Part shown: one piece after another, positions 1 through 9,934 of the stretch
How the letters are laid out: the number at the start of each line of letters is the position of its first letter
Numbering within the stretch: position 1 is the first letter of the stretch
Assembly: GCA_963834385.1 (NCBI GenBank)
Contig: CAWIBO010000005.1
Coordinates: 256,001 to 320,000, forward strand
DNA length: 64,000 nucleotides
Source: an uncultured Verrucomicrobiae bacterium
Lineage (GTDB): Bacteria; Verrucomicrobiota; Verrucomicrobiia; Chthoniobacterales; UBA10450
Direction: 5' to 3'
Translations under genes and position numbers: made by a program
The notes under the pieces: generated by a model
The model's database searches: none
What the model saw: only the letters and a program-made list of their open reading frames with translations
What the model was told of the DNA's origin: nothing

Positions 1-693
1 ATGAATCAGAACCGTTCGCAATCCGTGCTTATCCCGATGGTGGTGGAGCAGACCGGGCGCGGCGAGCGCAGCTACGACATCTACTCGCGGCTCCTGAAGG
101 ATCGCATCGTCTTCATCGGCACGCCGATCGACGATCACATCGCCAACCTTGTCATCGCGCAGCTGCTCTTCCTGCAAATGGAGGACGCCAAGAAGGACAT
201 CAATCTCTACATCAATTCGCCGGGCGGCTCCGTCACCGCCGGGCTCGCCATTTACGACACGATGCAGTTCCTCACCTGCGACGTGACCACCTACTGCCTC
301 GGCATGGCGGCCAGCATGGGCGCGGTTCTGCTTTGCGCCGGGACCAAGGGCAAACGCTATGCCCTGCCGAATTCGGACATCATGATTCACCAGGTTTCCG
401 GCGGCGCGCAGGGCCAGGCCAGCGACGTCGAGCGCACGGTCGAATACATGTTCAAGCTCAAGAAGCGGCTGATCCGCATCATCTCCCAGCACACCGGGCA
501 GCCGGAGGAGAAGGTGAAACACGACTCCGATCGCGATTATTACATGTCGGCCGCGGAAGCGAAGGATTACGGCCTCGTTGACGAGGTGATTCAGTCCCGC
601 AAGGAGGTCAAGCTGGCCGACGGGGCCAATGCCCCGGGGGACCGCTCCACCGCCGTGGCTGAGGCGGCCCTGCCGAGAAAAGTCGAGGAATAG
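1..693 (+). CDS. clpP: ATP-dependent Clp protease proteolytic subunit
   Basis: [21 protein letters not shown], catalytic GMAASMG / MIHQ / DRD; directly upstream of clpX. The start lies at the window edge. Confidence 0.97.
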   Translation: MNQNRSQSVLIPMVVEQTGRGERSYDIYSRLLKDRIVFIGTPIDDHIANLVIAQLLFLQMEDAKKDINLYINSPGGSVTAGLAIYDTMQFLTCDVTTYCLGMAASMGAVLLCAGTKGKRYALPNSDIMIHQVSGGAQGQASDVERTVEYMFKLKKRLIRIISQHTGQPEEKVKHDSDRDYYMSAAEAKDYGLVDEVIQSRKEVKLADGANAPGDRSTAVAEAALPRKVEE

Positions 694-715
694 AAACTGC
701 TTTCCAAGGCCCGAT

Positions 716-1997
716 ATGGCGCGCGCTTCCAACCTCACCATGTGCTCCTTCTGTGGCAAAAGCCACGCGGAGGTCCGGAAGCTCATCGCCGGTCCCGGGG
801 TCTACATTTGCGACAGTTGCATCAACGTCTGCAAAGGCATCCTCGACAAGGAGCTGAACGAGGACGCCCGCCGGCAATCCTCCAACATCCGCGTGCCGAA
901 ACCGGCGGATATCCGGCAGTCGCTCGACGATTACGTCATCGGGCAGGACACCGCCAAAAAGACGCTCTCGGTCGCGGTCCACAACCATTACAAGCGGATC
1001 CTCCAAACCACTTCGCCCGCGGACGCTTCCGCCGCCTTCCAGCCTGATCCTTTCGCCGACGTCGAGATCGAGAAGAGCAATATCCTGCTGATCGGGCCGA
1101 CCGGCTCCGGCAAGACGCTTCTGGCCAAGACGCTGGCCAGCATTCTCGATGTGCCATTTTGCATCGCCGACGCCACCACCCTGACCGAGGCCGGTTACGT
1201 GGGCGAGGATGTGGAAAACATCGTGCTGCGCCTGCTCCAGAACGCCGATTACGACGTGAAACGCGCCGAGATCGGCATCGTCTACATCGACGAGATCGAC
1301 AAGATCGGGCGCAAGACCGACAACGTCAGCATCACGCGCGACGTTTCCGGCGAAGGCGTGCAGCAGGCGCTGTTGAAGATTCTCGAGGGCAGCACCTGCA
1401 ACGTGCCGCCGCAGGGCGGCCGCAAGCATCCGCACCAGGAATATATCCAGGTGAACACCGAGAAGATTCTCTTCATCTGCGGCGGCGCCTTTGTTGGCCT
1501 CGACAAAATCGTGCAGAAACGCGTCGGCAACAAAACGATGGGTTTCGGCAGCATGGGGGTGGAGGCGGAGGACGAGCTGGCCCGGCAGGCCGTGCGCCAG
1601 GTGGAACCGGAAGACCTGCTCGGTTTCGGCATGATTCCCGAGTTCATCGGGCGTCTCCCGGTGGTGACCGCGCTCGATGCCCTGACCGAGGATGAGATGC
1701 TGGCCATCCTGACCGAGACCGAAGAACGCGATGGTGAAACAGTATACCAAGCTCTTTGCCATGGAAGGCGTGCGCCTGACCGTGACCAAGGATGCCCTGC
1801 GGGCGCTGGCCGCGCAGGCCGTGACCAAGGGCACCGGGGCGCGCGCGCTCCGTTCCATGCTCGAGCGCCTCATGCTCGACATTATGTATGACGTGCCGAG
1901 CCGCGAGGATATCGCCGAGGTCACGATCAATCGCGCCGTGGTGGATGGGAAAAAGCTCCCTCTCATCCGCAAGAAGCAGGACAAGGACGCCGCCTGA
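716..1997 (+). CDS. clpX: Clp protease ATP-binding subunit ClpX (one-base frameshift near 1718, probably sequencing error)
   Basis: CSFC..CDSC zinc-binding domain, Walker [15 protein letters not shown]. Removing one A in accgag[a]ccgaagaacgcgatg restores [12 protein letters not shown] and joins ORF 1731-1997 (TGARALR). Confidence 0.95.
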
Positions 1998-2064
1998 GGC
2001 CGCGCCGGTTTGCCGGCGGCGCTGATCGCGCGATTTTCCGCCAGCCCTGCGCTACGGTTGCCGG

Positions 2065-3306
2065 GTGAAATCCATGCGGGTCATCGTGATCAACACCGGG
2101 ACGGAGATCCTTCTCGGTGATGTCATCAACACCCACCTGGCCTACCTGGCCCGGCAGTTCCTGCCGTTTGGCGTCCGCCTCGAGCGCCAGCTGACCATCC
2201 CGGACGGCACGGCCATCGCGGTGGCCCTGGGCGAGGCTTTTGCCGTGGCCGATCTTGTCCTGGTCACGGGCGGCCTCGGACCGACCACGGATGATGTGAC
2301 GCGCGAGATCGTGGCTTCGCTCCTGGAACTTCCCCTTCAGCCTGACGCCGGGGTGATGGCGGCGATCGAGGCCCGGGCACGGCTGCGCCGGTTTCCTGTG
2401 ACCGATCGGATGCGCCGTCAGGCGCTCGTGCCGGCGGGCGCCCGCGTTCTGCCCAACCATAATGGGACCGCGCCCGGGCTTTATTTTCCTCCGGGGTTGA
2501 AACCGGATGGCTCCCTGCCGCACCTGTTTCTTCTGCCGGGACCGCCGCGTGAGCTTTACCCGATGTTCGAGGCCTCGGCCCTCCCGCTCTTGCGCGAAAT
2601 CATCCCGGTTGATCCGGACTTTGCCTGTCGCACCCTGTTCCTGAGCGGGATCGGCGAGTCGCTGGTGGAGGAAGCGGTGGGGGAGGAGTTGCTTGCCACC
2701 GGCGAGATCGAGCTGGGCTATTGCGCGCGGCCCGGACAGGTGGACGTCCGCCTTATCGGCGGTCGCGGGCCGGTGGCCAAAGCCGAAAAACTGATCCGGG
2801 AGAAGCTGGGTCGCCACGTTTTTTCCGCGGCGGAAGAATCGCTCGAGCAGGTGGTGGTCGCGCTCCTGCAGAAACGCGGCGAGACCCTGGCGCTGGCGGA
2901 ATCGTGCACCGGTGGTCTGCTGGCGCATCGGGTGACGAATGTCCCGGGCGCTTCCGCCGTTTTCCTGGCGGGTTACGTGACCTATGCCAATGAAGCCAAG
3001 ACGGATCTTTGCGGTGTGCCCGCCGGTTTGATCGAGCAGCAGGGCGCCGTCAGCGAGGAAGTCGCGCGGGCCATGGCGGAAGGCGCGCGGCAACGGGCGG
3101 GCTCGACCTGGGCGCTGGCCATCACGGGGATCGCCGGCCCCGGCGGGGGCACGGCGGCAAAGCCGGTTGGGACCGTCTTCATCGCCCTCGCTGCCGCGGG
3201 CGGCAGCAGCGTGAACGGCTATAATTTTGCGGGAGACCGGGAGAGCTTCAAGCAACTGGCCACGCAGACCGCGCTGAATCTGCTCTGGCGGGCCTTGCAG
3301 CCTTAA
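2065..3306 (+). CDS. cinA: Competence/damage-inducible protein CinA (MoCF domain + NMN deamidase PncC domain)
   Basis: TGGLGPTTDDVT, LPGPPRE, AESCTGG, ITGIAGPGGG motifs. Confidence 0.93.
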   Translation: MKSMRVIVINTGTEILLGDVINTHLAYLARQFLPFGVRLERQLTIPDGTAIAVALGEAFAVADLVLVTGGLGPTTDDVTREIVASLLELPLQPDAGVMAAIEARARLRRFPVTDRMRRQALVPAGARVLPNHNGTAPGLYFPPGLKPDGSLPHLFLLPGPPRELYPMFEASALPLLREIIPVDPDFACRTLFLSGIGESLVEEAVGEELLATGEIELGYCARPGQVDVRLIGGRGPVAKAEKLIREKLGRHVFSAAEESLEQVVVALLQKRGETLALAESCTGGLLAHRVTNVPGASAVFLAGYVTYANEAKTDLCGVPAGLIEQQGAVSEEVARAMAEGARQRAGSTWALAITGIAGPGGGTAAKPVGTVFIALAAAGGSSVNGYNFAGDRESFKQLATQTALNLLWRALQP

Positions 3307-3315
3307 GACGCTCCC

Positions 3316-3981
3316 TCAGGGAACCACCGAGACCGGGGTGCCGATCTTGACCCGGTTAAAAAACATCTCGGCGGCCTGCGGCGGCATGCGGATGCAGCCG
3401 TGCGAGGCGGGGTAGCCGGGCAAAATTCCCACGTGCATGCCCACGCCATCACCGGTCAGGCGCATGAACCATTTCATGGGCGCGCCGACAAAGTGCGTCC
3501 CGCTCGGGGCCGAGTCGATCCGGACGCTGACGCCCGCGCGAACGATGCGTCCCTTCGAGTCACGGAAATCGCCGTAGAGATTGGAGGCGTGGTTCTTGTC
3601 CTTCTCCATGATCTTGAAGGTGCCGGTGGGCGTGAGACCGGTCCGTTTCCCCGAGGAGATGGGTGAATCGATGACCACGGCGTCGCCGACGCGCAACTGC
3701 GCGCGTTGCCCGGAAAGGGAGATGAGAACGTTGGTGGTGGCGGAGTTGGCCTCAGGCAGCAGACTTTCATTGATGGAAATGGGATCCTGTTTCCGGATCA
3801 GCTCGCTCGCTTTCCGCATCGGGCGGGGCCGGGTCGGCCGCGCGGCGATACGGGGCGCCGGGGTGGGCGTCCGCTTTTGATATTTTTGGTTGAACGGCGC
3901 GCGCGTCTGGCTCCAGCCCGGCTGGCTGCCGAGGGACAGGGCCAGGAGCAGGAAAGCGAGGGGAAACAGGCGAGATTTCAT
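3316..3981 (-). CDS. L,D-transpeptidase (YkuD family), secreted
   Basis: Signal peptide; ISSG..TPTG and catalytic GMH..SHGCIRM. Confidence 0.9.
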   Translation of the reverse strand: MKSRLFPLAFLLLALSLGSQPGWSQTRAPFNQKYQKRTPTPAPRIAARPTRPRPMRKASELIRKQDPISINESLLPEANSATTNVLISLSGQRAQLRVGDAVVIDSPISSGKRTGLTPTGTFKIMEKDKNHASNLYGDFRDSKGRIVRAGVSVRIDSAPSGTHFVGAPMKWFMRLTGDGVGMHVGILPGYPASHGCIRMPPQAAEMFFNRVKIGTPVSVVP

Positions 3982-4805
3982 TCGCGGGCGTAGGTATCGG
4001 TGCGCTTCAGCCAGCCGGCCAGCCAGCGCGCTTCGTTCCGTTCAGATGGTGAATTCTTCACGCGCTGCGTCAAGACCGCTTTCGCGGCCCGGGAAAACTC
4101 GGGCAGCGGCGGTTTGTCTTCGCGCATGGCGGCCAGGACCTGCAGCAGCCCCCAGCCTTCACCCCGGTAACGCTCGGTCGATTTCACCCCTTCGCCCTTG
4201 AAATTCACATAGTCGATCAGGGCGTAGCATCCCTGCGCCGAGGCGCCGACCCGTTCGAAGTTTTGCCGGATGGCGGCATGCTCGGAGGAAGGGGCCGCCT
4301 GCAGCATCTTGGGCAGGGCTTGCTCCAGCCGCTGCACGAGAAACCGGGCCTGCAGGTCGATCTGGTCGGCCAGGAACTGGCGGAGCGCCTTCATCCGCGA
4401 CGAATCCCGCTCGCGCAGGAACTCGGCCCGCGTCGCCCAGGGGCAGGGGGGAACCGGGTGGCCGGCAAGGAAGGAAGGGAGGGTGACGCCTTCCCGGCGC
4501 GCGAAAGCCACCAGTTTGGGAAAACTTTCGTCGAAAGGCCCCTCCACCCCGGCCGGGTACCAGATGAAATGGCCAATCCCGAGGGAGGCGAAATTTTCGC
4601 CCACGTTCCAGGAGGTGAGGCCGCTGACGGTGCCGCCACACTCGTTTTGCCAGATTTTTTTGCCGATCCGGCGGGCCTCGGCCGGGGTGAGATCGACGCC
4701 GGCCGCGGGGCCGGCCGGGAGGGCGAGAAAGAGGAGGGCCAGGAGGAGGGTCCACCTTGACGCCCCGCGGTTCCCCGCTAGCGTGATTTTCCCGAGCGGC
4801 CGCAT
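3978..4805 (-). CDS. Secreted conserved hypothetical protein, putative lysozyme-like fold
   Basis: Hydrophobic signal segment; NECGG..SLGIGHFIW and ALIDYVNFKGEGV; 4-bp overlap with the downstream L,D-transpeptidase. Start uncertain. Confidence 0.75.
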   Translation of the reverse strand: MRPLGKITLAGNRGASRWTLLLALLFLALPAGPAAGVDLTPAEARRIGKKIWQNECGGTVSGLTSWNVGENFASLGIGHFIWYPAGVEGPFDESFPKLVAFARREGVTLPSFLAGHPVPPCPWATRAEFLRERDSSRMKALRQFLADQIDLQARFLVQRLEQALPKMLQAAPSSEHAAIRQNFERVGASAQGCYALIDYVNFKGEGVKSTERYRGEGWGLLQVLAAMREDKPPLPEFSRAAKAVLTQRVKNSPSERNEARWLAGWLKRTDTYARE

Positions 4806-4835
4806 GGCGCGGTCCTTGGTTACCTGGTAAAAATT

Positions 4836-5606
4836 ATGCATCGTTTCGCTCTTTGTTTAACCGTCTGTCTCCTGGCTCTTCCCGCTTTCGCCCAGAACCG
4901 GCCAAACCTGAAAGACCAGAAGGATAAGGTGAGCTATAGCATTGGCCTCGATATCGGCGCCACCTTTAAGAAGCAGAACATGGACATCAACCCGGATATC
5001 CTCTCGGCCGGCCTGAAGGATGCCATGACCGGGGCCGACCCTCTCATGAACGAGCAGCAGATGCAGGAAGTGCTGATGGCCTTCTCGAAGGAGATGCGTG
5101 ACAAACAAATGGTCGCGGCCAAGGAAGCAGCCGGCAAAAACACCGCCGCGGGAGAGAAGTTCCTGGCGGAGAACAAGGCCAAGCCGGGAGTGAAAACCAC
5201 GGCGAGCGGGCTGCAATACAAGGTGATCCAGGAGGGATCGGGACCGATGCCGAAGGAATCCGACGTAGTCGTGACCCATTACCGCGGGCGGTTGCTCGAC
5301 GGCAAGGAGTTCGACAGCTCCTACAAGCGCAACGAACCGGCCACCTTCCCGGTCAACGGCGTGATCAAGGGCTGGACCGAGGCGTTGCAGCTGATGAAGG
5401 TCGGCTCAAAGTATGAACTCTACATTCCCGCCAGCCTGGCCTACGGCGAGCGCGGCGCCGGGCAGGATATCGGCCCGAATGAGACCCTGATTTTCGAGGT
5501 GGAGTTGAAGGACATCAAGAAGCCGGAAGCTGCCGCCACTTCTGCCGGCAGTCCCGCAGCCGCGGCGGCCCCGAGCCCGGCAGCCAAGGCCTCACCGAAG
5601 AAATAA
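4836..5606 (+). CDS. FKBP-type peptidyl-prolyl isomerase (FkpA/Mip-like)
   Basis: Signal peptide, SYSIG dimerisation domain, FDSS, VIKGWTEAL, IPASLAYG. Confidence 0.95.
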   Translation: MHRFALCLTVCLLALPAFAQNRPNLKDQKDKVSYSIGLDIGATFKKQNMDINPDILSAGLKDAMTGADPLMNEQQMQEVLMAFSKEMRDKQMVAAKEAAGKNTAAGEKFLAENKAKPGVKTTASGLQYKVIQEGSGPMPKESDVVVTHYRGRLLDGKEFDSSYKRNEPATFPVNGVIKGWTEALQLMKVGSKYELYIPASLAYGERGAGQDIGPNETLIFEVELKDIKKPEAAATSAGSPAAAAAPSPAAKASPKK

Positions 5607-5619
5607 CCGGGGCACCGGT

Positions 5620-5964
5620 TCAACTCGCCGGGGAATCGGCGGGCGCTTCCCACGGGAGACGGGGCGCGTCGCCCCAGAGGTCTTCCAGGCTGTAGAACTC
5701 ACGTTTCTCGCTGTGGAAAATGTGCACGATCACCTGCATGTAATCGAGCACGAGCCAATGGCTGGCCGGAAACCCGTCCACCGCCGCGGCCCGGGTCTGA
5801 TGGTCGGTTTTCAACCGGCCCTCGATCTCTCCCGCGATGGCCTTGAGATGAGGCTCCGAGGTGCCTGAGCAGATCACGAAAAAATCCGTGAAGGTCGAGA
5901 TATCGCGCAGATCAAGCACGACGATCTGTTCCGCTTTCTTGTCGGCGGCATATTCCGCGCACAA
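5620..5964 (-). CDS. rsfS: Ribosome silencing factor RsfS (Iojap); start uncertain
   Basis: DKKAEQIVVLD, DFFVICSG, WLVLDY, REFYSLEDLW; downstream of nadD. Confidence 0.93.
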   Translation of the reverse strand: MCAEYAADKKAEQIVVLDLRDISTFTDFFVICSGTSEPHLKAIAGEIEGRLKTDHQTRAAAVDGFPASHWLVLDYMQVIVHIFHSEKREFYSLEDLWGDAPRLPWEAPADSPAS

Positions 5965-5969
5965 CCTGG

Positions 5970-6578
5970 CTAATGATTCGGCGGTGATGTGAGTGGTGCC
6001 TGGTATAGGTTATGTCGCCGAATGATTTCCTCCACCGGCGGCGGTACGAGATAACGAATGGAACGGCCTTGCGCAACCCTGTTTCGGATTTCGGTCGCGG
6101 AGATGTCGATCCGCCGGTCGACCGAAGGGAAGGGGAGGGCATCCTGCCCCGGGCCGCGGCGCAGGACGATGAATTGCACCGCCTTCTTCAATTCCTCGAA
6201 ACGGTGCCAGGTGGAGAGCCGCGGAAGATTGTCCTCCCCCACGCAATAGAAAAACTCCGCCTCGGGCCAGTCGCCCCGCATGCTCTCGATCGTCTCGATC
6301 GCATAGGAAGGCGCGGGACGTTGCAATTCGCGCTCGTCCAGGCAGAAGCGCTCCTCGCCACCGAGGGCAGCCCGGATCATCTCGACCCGCTGCGCGCCGT
6401 CGGCCACGGGCCCACCCGTTTTGTGCGGGGAGGCCGCCGCCGGGACGAAAAGCATTTCGTCCAGCTCGAAACTTTCCAGGACGGCCCGGGCCAGGAGCAG
6501 ATGCCCGTGATGAATCGGGTCAAACGTGCCCCCGTAAATTCCAATTTTGCTCAAGTCTTTCTTTTCGCGGCTAATCAC
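5970..6578 (-). CDS. nadD: Nicotinate-nucleotide adenylyltransferase
   Basis: GGTFDPIHHGH, SPHK, ISATEIR. Confidence 0.95.
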   Translation of the reverse strand: MISREKKDLSKIGIYGGTFDPIHHGHLLLARAVLESFELDEMLFVPAAASPHKTGGPVADGAQRVEMIRAALGGEERFCLDERELQRPAPSYAIETIESMRGDWPEAEFFYCVGEDNLPRLSTWHRFEELKKAVQFIVLRRGPGQDALPFPSVDRRIDISATEIRNRVAQGRSIRYLVPPPVEEIIRRHNLYQAPLTSPPNH

Positions 6579-6598
6579 CGCTAAGTAGCACCGAGCGT

Positions 6599-7700
6599 AT
6601 GGGGAGCGATTCTCTTGGTCAACTGATCCTTGCCGGTGTGCCCGGGCCCGAACTGGACCCGGAAACGGCCGCGCTTTTCCGCCGGGTGAAGCCCGGCGCC
6701 TTTATTCTTTTCGGGCGCAATATCCAGACGCCGGAACAGTTGCGGAAGCTGATCGATGACCTGCGCGACCTGAGCGAGGTGGAGCCGATCGTCACGATCG
6801 ACCAGGAAGGCGGCCGGGTTTCGCGGCTCCGTCTGCTCGGGAACGAACCGCCGAACGCCCAGCAGTTGCGCGACAAGGGCGAGGTCGGGCTGGTCCGCCG
6901 GCATGGCGACATCACCGGCCGGCTGCTCCGGCTTTTCGGGTTTAATCTCGATCTCTGCCCGGTCCTCGACATTTCCTTCGACGACGAGGCGGACAATTCC
7001 CTGCGGGGCCGCTGTTACGGCCGCGATCCCGATGAAGTGGTGCGGCTGGCGGGCGCGTTCAATGCCGGGATGCGCGGGCAGGGGATCGCGAGCTGCGGCA
7101 AACATTTTCCCGGTTATTCCGCGGCCACGCTCGACGCGCACCACGACCTGCCCAGGATCGATCGCACCCGCGAGGAACTGGAGCGGGACGAGCTGCAGGT
7201 CTTTCGCCGGCTGGCGGGCGAGATGGACAGCATGATGATCTGTCACGGGTGGTATCCCTGTTTTGACGCCGCGAAACGGCCGGCATCCCTTTCCCGGACG
7301 ATTGTCACCGACCTGCTCCGGCGCGAAATGGGTTTTGCCGGGCTGATCATGACCGACGACCTCGACATGGGGGCGATCCTGAATGAGTTCAGCCTCGAGG
7401 AGACGATCCGCCTGGTGATCGCGGCGGGGAACGACCTGGCGATGATTTGCCATCGGGTCCCGGAAATTGAGGCGGTCGCCCGGGTGCTCGAAAGCCTGCC
7501 GGTCGACGCAGATCGCGGGAGCCCTGGAGAGGGTGGCGGCATTCAAGGAGCGGCTGGCCCCGCCCGCGCCGTTTTCCGTGGAGGCTTTCCGCGCGGTCGA
7601 CGCCGAGATCTGGGACCTGCGCGTCGCCGTCCTGGGCGAAGAGCAGGCGGCGCAACGCTCGCCGGAGGATGGGAAGCGTTCGCCGGTGGAACTCTATTAG
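6599..7700 (+). CDS. nagZ: GH3 beta-N-acetylhexosaminidase (frameshift near 7505)
   Basis: IDQEGGRVSR, KHFPGY..DAH, MTDDLDM; C-terminus continues in ORF 7467-7700. Confidence 0.85.
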
Positions 7701-7727
7701 GAGGGCCTCATCCCGCCGCGGCGGCGG

Positions 7728-7756
7728 TTGACGATGCTGCACAGAGCCCATAACAT
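7728..7756 (+). promoter_or_regulatory. Sigma70-like promoter, probably leaderless transcript
   Basis: TTGACG-N17-TAACAT, ending 6 nt before the GTG at 7763. Confidence 0.55.
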
Positions 7757-7762
7757 CCGCCC

Positions 7763-8467
7763 GTGTTAGCGGAATTGGAACAGCTGCTCGTCCTGCAGGA
7801 CAGGCAGCAAAAGATCCGGCATATCCAGGCCGAGGCCCGGACCATTCCGCTGCAACGCAAGCAGCTCGAAGGGCAGGCGACCGCGGCCGCGGCGGAATTT
7901 GAGGCGGCGCGTCAGCGTCTGCGCCAGCTGGAAGTCGATCGCAAGAAACTGGAGCTGGATGTGGGCACCCGGCAGGACAGCATCGCGAAGTTGCGCACCC
8001 AGCAGTACGAGACGCGCAAGAACGAGGAGTTCCAGGCGATGGGGAACGAGATCCAGCGATACGAGAAGGAAATTTCCCAGCTGGAAGACCAGGAACTGGA
8101 GCTGATGGAACGCGCCGACAAGCTCAAGGTGGAGGTGGCGGCGGAGGAGAAGAAGGCGGCCGCGGCGCGCGAATCAATTGATCGGCAGCTGGTCGACCTG
8201 GAGGAAAAGGCAAAGGTTTTGGAGGGCCGGTTGCAGGGTCTCTCAAAAGAGCGCGAGGAAATCGCCGGCCGGATCGATGAGGACACCCTGGGAACGTTTG
8301 ACCGTCTTTTCGCGAGCAAGGGCGACGCGGCCATCGTGGCGCTCGAGCATGAAGTCTGCACCGGCTGCCACATGAAGGTGACCACGCAGACCGCGGTGCG
8401 GGCGAAGGGCGGACGGGAAATTGTGCACTGCGAACAGTGCGGCCGGATCCTTTTCGCCGCGGAGTAG
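7763..8467 (+). CDS. Coiled-coil protein with C4-type zinc ribbon (CT398/HP0958-like)
   Basis: Long coiled coil followed by CTGC..CEQCGRIL. Confidence 0.9.
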   Translation: MLAELEQLLVLQDRQQKIRHIQAEARTIPLQRKQLEGQATAAAAEFEAARQRLRQLEVDRKKLELDVGTRQDSIAKLRTQQYETRKNEEFQAMGNEIQRYEKEISQLEDQELELMERADKLKVEVAAEEKKAAAARESIDRQLVDLEEKAKVLEGRLQGLSKEREEIAGRIDEDTLGTFDRLFASKGDAAIVALEHEVCTGCHMKVTTQTAVRAKGGREIVHCEQCGRILFAAE

Positions 8468-8484
8468 GGCTGCGGCCGGCGTCG

Positions 8485-9609
8485 TCAGACGTTGAAGCGG
8501 AACTCAACCACGTCGCCGTCCTTGACCACGTATTCCTTCCCCTCGATGCGAAGCTTGCCCGCTTCCCGGGCGCGGGCCTGTGAGCCCAGGGCGACCAGAT
8601 CGTCGAAGTGGACCACTTCGGCGGCGATGAAGCCCCGCTCAAAGTCCGAGTGAATCACGCCCGCGGCCGCGGGCGCCTTGTCGCCGTCGCGAATGGTCCA
8701 GGCGCGCGTTTCCTTCTCGCCCGTGGTGAGATAGGTCCGGAGCCCCAGGAGATGATAAACGGAACGGATAAGGGCGTTCACCCCGCTCCCCTCGACCCCC
8801 AGATCGCGCAGGAATTCCGCGGCTTCCGCTTCGCTCAGGTCGACCAGTTCGCTCTCGATCTGCGCGCTGATCACGACGGCCTCGGTGGCGAAGTGGCTTC
8901 GCGCATACTCTTCCACCGCCCGGACGTGCCGGGCCGCGGCGGTGTCTGCATCGGGCTGCTTGAGCGCCGCGAGGTCCGCTTCGCCGACGTTGCAGGCGAA
9001 GAGGGTCGGTTTCGAGGTGAGCAGGAAAAATTCGCGCGCCAGTTCCTTTTCGTCGTCGCCCAGGGCCGCCGTCACGGCCGGTTTCCCGGCATCGAGATGG
9101 GGCAGCAGCTTTTCGATCACCGCGGTCTCGGCTTTCGCGGTCTTGTTTCCGGCCCGGACTTCCTTCTGGAGACGGTCACGCCGCTTCTGCAGCGCAGCCA
9201 GGTCAGCCAGGATGAGCTCGGTGTTGATCACTTCGATGTCTCGCACGGGGTCGATCGAGCCGCTGACGTGGTGAATGTCGCCGCTCTCGAAGCAACGCAC
9301 CACCTGCACGATGGCGTTGACCTCGCGGATGTGGCTGAGGAACTGGTTCCCCAGGCCTTCGCCCGCGCTCGCGCCCTTCACCAGGCCGGCGATATCGACG
9401 AACTCGATCGCAGCCGGCACCGTCTTCTCCGATTTCGAAAGTTCCGAGAGCTTTCCCAGGCGATGGTCGGGCACGGTCACCACCCCGACGTTGGGATCGA
9501 TGGTGCAGAAGGGATAGTTGGCCGCCTGCGCCTTGCGGGTGCGGGTGACGGCATTGAAAAGGGTCGATTTACCGACGTTCGGGAGTCCAACAATTCCAGC
9601 GCTGAGCAT
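8485..9609 (-). CDS. ychF: Redox-regulated ATPase YchF
   Basis: [32 protein letters not shown] domain ending FRFNV. Confidence 0.97.
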   Translation of the reverse strand: MLSAGIVGLPNVGKSTLFNAVTRTRKAQAANYPFCTIDPNVGVVTVPDHRLGKLSELSKSEKTVPAAIEFVDIAGLVKGASAGEGLGNQFLSHIREVNAIVQVVRCFESGDIHHVSGSIDPVRDIEVINTELILADLAALQKRRDRLQKEVRAGNKTAKAETAVIEKLLPHLDAGKPAVTAALGDDEKELAREFFLLTSKPTLFACNVGEADLAALKQPDADTAAARHVRAVEEYARSHFATEAVVISAQIESELVDLSEAEAAEFLRDLGVEGSGVNALIRSVYHLLGLRTYLTTGEKETRAWTIRDGDKAPAAAGVIHSDFERGFIAAEVVHFDDLVALGSQARAREAGKLRIEGKEYVVKDGDVVEFRFNV

Positions 9610-9683
9610 AAAGAGATAAAGGAAGGCTGACGGGGAAGAACGCGGCCCGGATGGCCCTGTGAACTTCTGAATCCGATTAGAAA

Positions 9684-9757
9684 TCGGGCCGGCGAGATTC
9701 GAACTCGCGACCTCTTGAACCCCATTCAAGCGCACTACCAAGCTGTGCTACGGCCCG
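9684..9757 (-). tRNA. tRNA-Pro(GGG), CCA not encoded
   Basis: Reverse complement CGGGCCGTAGCACAGCTTGGTAGTGCG CTTGA-ATGGGGT-TCAAG..GTTCGAATC..CGGCCCGA forms a cloverleaf. Confidence 0.95.
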
Positions 9758-9934
9758 TTTTCGGGGCCGGAATATTCACCGACCCGGCGGATGTGGCCAG
9801 CGTCTTTTTTCGGCGCAGGGCCGGCCGAGCATGGGGTCGTGCTGTTCGGGGCCCCCGGGTGGACGTTCCGCGGGTCGCCGCGGTTTTTCTCTCGTTTGCG
9901 GGGCTTCTTTTTTGCAGACTCCGCCCTGTCCCCT

